Of a DNA stretch of 64,000 bases, positions 55,570-64,000 are shown piece by piece. The notes beneath the pieces were generated by a model that worked only from the letters and a program-made list of their open reading frames with translations, had not been told where the DNA came from and ran no database searches. How positions within the stretch are numbered: the first letter of the stretch is position 1; each line of letters starts with the position of its first letter. The DNA comes from Saccostrea echinata (lineage: Eukaryota): positions 51,584,001-51,648,000 of the forward strand of contig NW_026889758.1 in NCBI RefSeq assembly GCF_033153115.1, in the 5' to 3' direction. The translations under genes and the position numbers were made by a program.

Positions 55570-56751
55570 AGAACGAGTGCACTTAAGGGCCCCGGTAAAA
55601 TGTGAAAAAATGAAGAATCAAATTAAACATAATTTTTCATCTCAGATCATTAATTGATATTTAAACCATAAGATTCAACAAATTTTATCACTGAAATTCG
55701 TGAATATACAAAGAACAAAGCCATACAATGTGGTAGGGGTCAACCGACATTCATGATTTTCTATAGTAAATCGAGGACGGTCATTCATTTCAAAGCTTTT
55801 GTTTACTGTCAGCCTAACGTTGTACAAATTTGTGCGAATGACAAAATACCCATTATACATTTATAAAACTTGCGTGAAAGTAGGAAATTTGTACAAGATT
55901 AGGCTTGTACTTAAAATATTAAAAATGTATGAAAAGTTCAATGTTTTTCCTATAGCAAGCGAAAGCTATTTACCTGTGTGACCTATGTTGAACCCACCGT
56001 GGAATAAATTATTTAAAATACCGGTAGTCACGTGAGTTCTACCCATGTAAACATTCCTCAAAGGTGCTCACTGAAAAAGATAGCCATGCACGTTTTGTAT
56101 CATTATATCGAAGTCGTGCCGCATAGAGAAGTTTGAATGTATTTGGTTTTAGGAACACGGGAGGGTTAGGAGAGTTTAGTGTCGTTAAAATGTCATCATG
56201 CATAAAAGCATCAAACATTTTTAACATTCATGCAAGACAATGCTACCGGTATTGAAAGCCACCTGAATACACTTTTTTCATTTTAAAATTCAAAGGAACT
56301 AATTTTAATAGGCCTCCTTATTGTATTATTTCAAATGCAAGCGTGCAAATTTCTTAGTTTGATGACTATGGCTACAGGCATCTATACAACTTCATTCGAT
56401 TTTTTTCTCAGGTAAAATAGCGCAACAAGTATCATTCGGCAAACGCGCCCGTCAATGATCCACCATCAGATTGTTCAAGTGTCTGATTTAAATGTCTCAT
56501 CCCCCTGATTTAAATAAACGAAACTCAAATAGGTTCTGTACGACTTATCCGGATTTGGGGTATCTATAGGCATTTAAACATCTTCATTTGGTTCAAATCC
56601 GTGCTGATTTAGGTGATGTTTTAACGTGATTTTAATTAGAAATATCCACTTGTGTTTAACTATTACCAAACGAGAACAATTTGGTAATATATTCTAAAGT
56701 AATACGGCACTGAAAAGGGCCCATTAAGCATTGCTTAAGTGCACTTGTCCT
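55570..56751. mobile_element. ~1.18-kb non-autonomous TIR element (Kolobok-like)
   Basis: aaagaacgagtgcacttaag (55568-55587) matches the reverse complement of cttaagtgcacttgtccttt (56734-56753) at 18/20. The interior is CpG-rich relative to the flanks. No clean TSD. Confidence 0.6.
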
Positions 56752-57992
56752 TTGCTGGAGAAATTCTTCAATGGTAAACATTTTCTTGCTTTGTAATTTA
56801 TTTTTTGTATGCCACAGGTAAATTATTAGTATCATTTATGTATGTTTAACAAGATTATCCAACAATCTATATAATAATGTATCTTTTAAGCATCACAAGC
56901 ACGCTTAAAATGTAAAGTTACATAGAACTGAAGTCCTTTCAGTATTCAGAGACTGTCAAGAGTCAATATTTAATTTAATGGCAGTCCTTGACACTTGTAA
57001 TAGTACTTGTTCCAATTAAATTTCAATTTTAATTTACATTGAATAAAATATTCATAATGTTTACATCAAGCTTGTTTTTTTCCCCCCCTAAATCTCTCAG
57101 AAATTGATTTGAAGCTCTTTTTCTAAGTTTTAAGAAGGACTATGAAAAAAGGTTAAGATAAAAGATATTTTTTATTCAGAATGATCTGAGAAAGTCTTAT
57201 AACGTTTCTTAGATTTAATTTCTCTGATTTAAATGCATAGGTGTGCTTTAGGTCAAACTCCGAACTTTTCCGAAAAAAGTTCATGCTGCATTTTCTTTAA
57301 TTTTTTATTACCAGGTAATCTATTAAGCGCCATAATTCTGACAATAGGAATTCCAATCTAATGATTTGCTTTTAACAGTAGCTACTAAATCATAAATATC
57401 CAATTATTTTTAAAATTTTTAAGCTACATGAAATTGATCAATGATGAAATGGCCATGTTTCAATAATTCATTGAATTTATGTCCAAGGACAGAAGTTGTA
57501 TGAGATATCACATAGCAACAATTAGTTACAGTATATACAAGCTTGTTCTTTGACCCTTTCACCTCAAATTCAATACATGTATAGGGATCATTTTTCATTT
57601 TTGAAATTGGAGTGAATCTGCAAACCAAGTCATATTATGTATAACCTTGTGACCTTTACCTTTCAGCTAAAGATCAGGAGGGATCTTTAAGTAATAGAGT
57701 CATCACCTTAATTAAGTTTCATTGCAAAAGCTTAAGGTCTTACGACACGTTGCTCAAATATCTGTTTTGTATCTATTCATAATATACAACAAATTAATTG
57801 TAATTATCATTTTCTTGTGATTTTAAAATAGTTTTTAAAATGTCTTAGTAGATAAAGACACAAAAAACCGTAATATTGGCAATGCTAGTGATTTCCAATA
57901 GTATTCTATGGTAAGGCCAAGATAAATAGATTGTCTGTTTCCTATTCCAACCTGAGGAAAAATAGGGTAGGTAGGGAAAACATTTAATTTTA

Positions 57993-59533
57993 TTAGCTCT
58001 TCTGAGCCAAAGGCTCAAAGAGCTAATGCTATGGCCATTTGTGCAGTGTGCGTAAACTTTTTAGAATATGGGCCATAACTCAAGAACCCCATGGCCAATT
58101 ATTGTCAAATTTATCACAGGGTATCCTTGGCCCAAGGGCTCCTGTTCACACTAAAACGAGGGTTGTGACCCTTAAACAAGGGGAGATAATTAGGAAAATA
58201 GAAATAAAAGTACTGGTTGCTAAAAAATCTTCTTCTCAAGAACCACTGGGCAGATTATCACTAAACTTACACAAGAGGATGAGGATATGCTGAAGATTAA
58301 AAATGTTCAAGGCATCACCCTGGGGCAAAAGGCGTGGTCTCAAGGTCACTTCAAAGTTGACCAAAAATTACATTTTATTAAAATGTTGATATTTTGCTTA
58401 CTATCAAGACTAGGATCATCAAATCTTGTCAGTTGATGCATTTGAGGACCTCATATCATGTCGACTCAAAAGTAGGTCATGGTGACCTACATTTAAAATT
58501 TTGCGGCCATTCTTTTTCAAAATGATTTAGAGGCATATTTTGAACAATTTAAGGCCTATGATCATCAAACTTTGTCAGTTGATGCATCTTGGGTCCTAGG
58601 AGTATGTCGACTAAAAAGTAGGTCACCTTGACCTACTTTTTGAATTTTATGGCTAATCTTTTTCAAAACAATTAAGGTCATAAGGTCATTAATTTGAATA
58701 CTGAGAGGTTTAGAATCATTCAATCTTGTAAGATGATGCATCTTGGGACAATAAAACATATTTATTAAAAAGTCACCATGACCTACTTTTTGAACTTTGC
58801 AGGTATTTGATTTCAAAGCATTTAAGGGGCATAATTTGGACATTTTAAGGCCTATGATCATAAAACTTAGTAAGTTGATGCATCTTGGGTTTTCGAAAAA
58901 ACGTCAACTGAAAAGTAGGTCAGTGTGACCTACTTTTCAAATTATATGACTAGAGTTAAATACATGTATTTCGGGTACTAATTGGCTTAGAATCATCAAA
59001 CTTTGTCAGTTGATGCATCTTGGATCTTAGTACCTGAAATATTTAATTCTAGTCATATAAATTGAAAAGTAGGTCATGGTGACCTACTTTTCAGTCCACC
59101 TACTCCAAGGACCCAAGATATATCAACTGACAGATTTTGATGATTATAAGCCAGATAGCACCCAAATATTAAATACAGCAATAAAATTTCAAAAGTAGGT
59201 CAGGGTGACCTACTTTGCAGTTGTCATACTCCAAGAACCCAAGATGCATCAACTGACAAAGTTTGATGATTCTAAGCCAATTAGTCCATGAAATATTTAA
59301 TTATAGTCCTATAAATTGAAAAGTAGGTCACGGTGACCTACTTATCAGTCGACCTACTCCAAGGACCAAAGATGCATCAACTGACCGATTTTGATGATTC
59401 TAAGCCAAATAGTACCTGAAAATATTTAATTAAAGCCATAAATTTTCAAAAGTAGGTCATGGTGGCCTACTTTTCAGTTGACTTACTCCAAAGACCCAAG
59501 ATGAATCAATTGACAAAGTTTGATGATTCTAAA
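57993..59533. mobile_element. HINE-like element with a 125-155-bp repeat array that switches orientation at ~59027
   Basis: 5' hairpin tagctcttctgagcc-aaa-ggctcaaagagcta after a T-run. Shares aaaatcttcttctcaagaaccactggg with the 50971 element. The unit atcatcaaactttgtcagttgatgcatcttggg occurs forward five times (58415-59025), then as its reverse complement four times (59066-59533). Confidence 0.8.
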
Positions 59534-60292
59534 GCGGATTATAAAACAGCGTAAACTGACCCAAACCAGGTTATACTCGAATAATTTGGCCAAGAATTAG
59601 AGTCATTCCTTATAATTTAATTTTAAAATCATTAAATATCTATGGGTGTAAAATTTCATTGCTTTTTATTAGTTCAAATTTGCCGCTCAATAATACAACC
59701 ATAGTAACGGAAGTGATGGGAAGCGAGGGGAGGTAAAAACTGATACATAGGCCTAGCAGCTTGTTTACATGTGGTAAGATCAAATTATTGTTTGAAGTTA
59801 AAGGTACATTTATTAAATCTGGAATTTTCCATGAATCCTGAGGACTGGAAATGGGAGGATTGTATGAATACAGATGATTCAGCTGGTTGGGGGGGGGGGG
59901 GGGGTGTCCCCATACCAAACCAGGTTATACAGAAATAATTTGTGTTCCTTTTTGGATATTAACCAATCAGAGGCTAGAATACAAACAAAATTAAATTATT
60001 ATAAAATATCTAGGGCTAATAACTAGAAACAATCTATGCTAGTATTTGCTGCATTTAATAATTTGCTTGTGTTAAACAATACAGGATTGTAGAGTTAGGG
60101 TACAAGTGCACAATGCTGACATCTGTACTTCCACGCACACACTGTCATAGGAAGTTGATGTTGCCATCATCTCATAACGAAAGATGGAAACTTTCTTCAT
60201 TAGTGTGCATGGGTATTATAATCATATATATTTTAAGCTCTTCACTGTAATGAAAAATGTTAACATTATACATATAGTTTATCAAGCATTAT

Positions 60293-61348
60293 CTATCCTT
60301 TCATTCCTGGCACAGCAGATTTTTTACACAGTCTTGCCAACAATGCTGACATCTGTAACAGGGACTGAACACCTTCTGCGATCCTCATATGAGTATATCC
60401 AATTTCTTTAATAAATTCAAGTTTCAAGAATTCTGGGATATTCTGGTTTTTGCAGACTCTGAAGATAATTGTGATTATATCCTCAGCTGAGTATCCCAGC
60501 TTCCAAAGATGCGCCATAGTTTTGTAAGCTTCTTCCACATTGCCATTAACACAGTGTTGAAGCATATCCTGTATTAACATGGGATGCGGTTCGTCACAAA
60601 CCTTGAAGACGTTTTCACTGTTAACATGTCCAAAACCTTGAAATGTTGACTGTAAGTTGTTCAGAGCCTGTCTCATGTCTCCTTGTGCTGTAAAGACAAT
60701 GGCCTCTAAGCCATCATCAGTATAACTAACAGATTCCTCCTCGCATACTTCCAGCAGCCTTTTCAATACTTGAGCATCAGTCAGCTTGGAGTATCGCAAA
60801 ACAGCACACCGAGACTGTATGGGCTCAATGATTTTTTCTGAGGAATTGCAGGCCAATGCAAATCTAGTGGTCTTTGAATAGATCTCCATAGTTCTCCTTA
60901 GCGCTTGTTGTGCTCCATCCGTCATACTATCTGCTTCATCCAGAATAATAATTTTGTGTCTTCCTTTGGGCAATGTAACTTTTTGTTGTGCAAACATTTT
61001 GATTTTGTTCCTCACAACATCAATACCCCTGTCATTTGATGCATTCATTTCTAAGACAGCATCTCTATATGAAGGCCCCAACATTGCTCTGGCAAGACAT
61101 AATATACTTGTGGTTTTTCCAGTTCCAGGAGGACCTGCAATGATTAGGTTTGGAACATTTCCGTCTCGGGCAAAAACTTCAAGACGACTGATGGTCTCTT
61201 CGTTACCAACTATATCGTGAAGCTTGACTGGTCTATATTTTTCAACCCACGGCTGTTCTTGTTGACGAGTACCTCCAGATTTAGAGGCTGCCTTTGAAGG
61301 AGGAATGTCTTCTATTTCCATTTCTTGATCAGCCATCTTTCCCGCCAT
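60293..61348 (-). CDS. RFC2: Replication factor C subunit 2 (clamp-loader 40-kDa subunit), single coding exon, 351 aa (347 aa from the second ATG at 61336)
   Basis: Uninterrupted ORF with PWVEKYRP, Walker [55 protein letters not shown] motif and [10 protein letters not shown]. Confidence 0.97.
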   Translation of the reverse strand: MAGKMADQEMEIEDIPPSKAASKSGGTRQQEQPWVEKYRPVKLHDIVGNEETISRLEVFARDGNVPNLIIAGPPGTGKTTSILCLARAMLGPSYRDAVLEMNASNDRGIDVVRNKIKMFAQQKVTLPKGRHKIIILDEADSMTDGAQQALRRTMEIYSKTTRFALACNSSEKIIEPIQSRCAVLRYSKLTDAQVLKRLLEVCEEESVSYTDDGLEAIVFTAQGDMRQALNNLQSTFQGFGHVNSENVFKVCDEPHPMLIQDMLQHCVNGNVEEAYKTMAHLWKLGYSAEDIITIIFRVCKNQNIPEFLKLEFIKEIGYTHMRIAEGVQSLLQMSALLARLCKKSAVPGMKG

Positions 61349-61368
61349 TTATTAAAATGGCTTCCGGT
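61329..61368. promoter_or_regulatory. Cluster of YY1-like and ETS-like motifs at the RFC2 start
   Basis: AGCCATCTT, CGCCATTT, AAAATGGCT and CTTCCGG fall within 40 bp, typical of housekeeping core promoters. Confidence 0.45.
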
Positions 61369-62272
61369 TACACCATATTTAAACAATTCATACAAAGAAA
61401 TATATGTAAATATTTCCACCATGAGATTTGAGTTCATGAGAGGAACGATGCTAGTGATCTCATAGATTTTAATTAAAAATTCTCAGTTTTCTGTACATGT
61501 AGCATTTTTTTTAAATGTGTTTTTTTTGTATGTATAGGAATGAAACATGTACAACTTGCTTAATTAGTTAAATTATGACACAGGGATCATCTCAAAAATT
61601 CCAAAATGTTGCCTTATTTTCACTTTCACAGGATCGATCTGCCCTTGATTATGCCCTGCGCTACCACACAAAACAAGATCGATGTCTTTGTCTAATTAAG
61701 CAGCAAGAGATTTGGCATTTGAATGTAGTGATATGCTCTAACATTTTTATTGATAGAACACTTTCAAGAGATTGTCCTTAGTTTTCTAATTTTAGAACAC
61801 TGCATGTTGGGAAAATCCCTCGTAACTTTCCATCACCTAAATAACTGTGACCTATATCATGGATAACGGTAAAATCTAAAAAGTGCAATTCGGTTTTTAA
61901 ATTTTGATTTCAAGTAATACTGTAAGACAGTGGTCGATGAGAGTTCAACCGAAAATGAGAATTTTAAATTTAATGCAATGAAAAAAAATATCAGCATTCA
62001 ATATAAAGAACCAAAATAATTCAATCAAAGTTTAAATCGTTCGCAGATTTCCATTTTTACCCGATTATAAAGTTTTTTCGAGACCGAAAAGAAATCCCCA
62101 AGATTGTCTAAAGCCGAAAGCGGCGAGAGCATCAACTGTTTTGCGTTGCATGAAAAGTACATCATGTCACACAGTGCAAACGGTAAAATATGTTGCTTTT
62201 TACTCATTTTTATCAATATTGGTCGTTTTTAATCTTCAAACTTTCTTGCTTCACCGGTTTAATAATTATAAT

Positions 62273-62608
62273 TATATCCACCGCTTTTAAAAAGCGGGGT
62301 TATATAGTGTTGGGGTGCCCGTCCGTCCGTCTGTACGTCCGTCCGAACATCCATTACACTTGAGGGAATCTTTATCTGCATGTCCTGTTATACCACTGAA
62401 TAAATTTTATTATTAAGACTTTCACAGAATCTTTATTACATTGTACATAGTGCCATTGTGCCCTGCTATTTTTTTATGCCCTGATCTGACAGATTTTTTT
62501 GCCCCCCCCCCCCCCCCCCCCATGGACTTTACAATTATACTCATATGGGAGCAGGGAGAGGGGGGAGGTAATCATTCTGTGAGCTCAGTGCTTACAGTAC
62601 TTCTAGTT
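62273..62608 (+). mobile_element. Short HINE-like element
   Basis: 5' hairpin ccgcttttaaaaagcgg, (GTCC)n tract at ~62320-62345, and a 3' imperfect hairpin tgtgagc..gcttaca followed by ctagtt. Confidence 0.6.
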
Positions 62609-63058
62609 TATATTTAATTTTTTTCAGTAGGGTGGGGGATAATATTAAGAAATGCAATTCTTATTTGCTTTAGTACATTGCATAGTGTTTTGTTTTTCTA
62701 CCTTTCCTTTTGTTTTTGAAATTTACAACAGAAAAAAGGCTATAAAGCTACAGTATTTCTTATGTAGAAAGAAAAATCATTTATTTTGTCAATATTGAAG
62801 TGAAGAAACACAGGCTTACATTTATAACCTACTATCGGGGGTTTTTTTTAATTGAGAGAAAGAGAGAGAGAGAATCCCTGAAGCATGCAACAAAAAAGTG
62901 GATTTCAAGATTAATGTTTACAATGGATAAATATATAGCTCTATGGTATGGTACACTTGAAGTATATTTTATGGTGCATTGTAGAACTCCAGGGCTAACT
63001 TGCTTGTTTGTTGCCCTAGCTGAACACACCATTTTGAATTGACAAGGTTGTCATGCAC

Positions 63059-63612
63059 TTTTTAGCTCACCTCAACATGCCTCAACGAAGTCGAGATGAG
63101 CTTTTGCTATACCCCCGGTGTCGGTGTTAGCGTCGGCGTCCCGGTTAAAGTTTTAGGAGCAAGTCCATTCCCAAGTAACTATAAGCCCTACCTGGACCAA
63201 ACTTGCATGAATGATGCATCTAGGGATGGACACTACCACACTTGCTTCGGATACTGGATCTGACTTAGATTTTCCAGATGAGTGACCAGGTTAAAGTTTT
63301 TGAGCAGGTCCATTCCCAAGTAACTATTAGCCCTACCTGGACCAAACTTGCATGGATGATGCATCTAGGGATGGACACTACCACACTTGATTCAGATGCT
63401 GGATCTGACCTACATTTTCCAGATGAGTGACCAGGTTTAAGTTTTTGGAGCAGGTCCATTCCCAAGTAAGTATAAGCCCTTCCTTGACCAAACCTGCATG
63501 GATGATGCATCAAGGGATGGACACTACCACACTTGCTTCGGATGCTGGATCTGACCTACATTTTCCAGATGAGTGACCAGGTTAAATTTTTTGAGCAGGT
63601 CCATTCCCAAGT
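63059..63612 (+). mobile_element. 3'-truncated HINE with ~3.2 copies of a 145/146-bp repeat
   Basis: Starts tttttagctcacct like the 50971 element, with a (GTCGGC)-like microsatellite. gtccattcccaagt recurs at 63163, 63308, 63454 and 63599. Confidence 0.82.
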
Positions 63613-64000
63613 GATACAGAATTTCCCCCAACCAAAACAACCCACAAATTTGATCACCCTAATTTATGCCCTAAATATTAAATCTATATGTCGTAATTTC
63701 ATTTGTAGATATCATGGGAATATCACCAACTATTGTATGTTATTAATGTATGCTTTATGTTTCAACTATTATGTATAACTCATGAATATCGTCTGGTTGT
63801 ATTGTACAAACCCAAATTTCCTCCATAGATCAGTCGCCTCGTAATAACAAATGGCCACCTGGCTATGTTATTCGACTGACATACCCAAAATCAACTTGGC
63901 ATCGTCTCCAAAACAATTTCCAAACAAAAACTCATCCCATTTCCCGCCTTTGTAATGCTAAAGCCTTTACTTTGTGCAAAAGTTGTAACTATACAAACAT

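Noticed and set aside
57912-59950. Outer DNA transposon (taaggccaag...) enclosing the inverted HINE
   Set aside because: The left end looks terminal but no convincing matching right TIR or TSD was found.
61845-62270. CpG-richer segment upstream of RFC2 as an exon or element
   Set aside because: No supportable ORF, TIR pair or TSD; it may be a transposon fragment but cannot be bounded.

Overview
AT-rich, intron-rich animal DNA, most likely an oyster (Crassostrea/Magallana). This is inferred from a 166-bp Cg170-like satellite inside a Helentron/HINE-type element. Five protein-coding genes could be assembled by hand from GT-AG junctions and reading frames: (1) an unidentified Ser/Thr/Gln-rich gene on the minus strand that runs off the left edge; (2) radial spoke head RSPH4/6 (+, 9 exons, 526 aa), head-to-head with gene 1 across a promoter with RFX X-box-like motifs; (3) TRIM9/TRIM67 (-, 8 exons over 31 kb, 692 aa); (4) L2HGDH (+, 9 exons, 463 aa), whose ATG is only 115 bp from the TRIM9 ATG; (5) an intronless RFC2 (-, 351 aa). 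Many non-autonomous transposons lie between and within these genes. Best leads: a repeat array with six perfect AGGTCAnnnTGACCT (ERE) palindromes flanked by RORE-type sequence and with an internal inversion; a 2.3-kb TIR element nested in a MITE that carries a periodic 15-bp motif with unrelated spacers; the very tight TRIM9/L2HGDH arrangement; two candidate in-frame alternative TRIM9 donors; a 166-bp foldback with a GCGAAGC loop; the intronless RFC2; and an identical 56-bp block in two RSPH4 introns. No prokaryotic features, RNA genes, CRISPR array or intact transposase were seen. Coordinates were counted by eye, and repeat boundaries may be off by a few bases.
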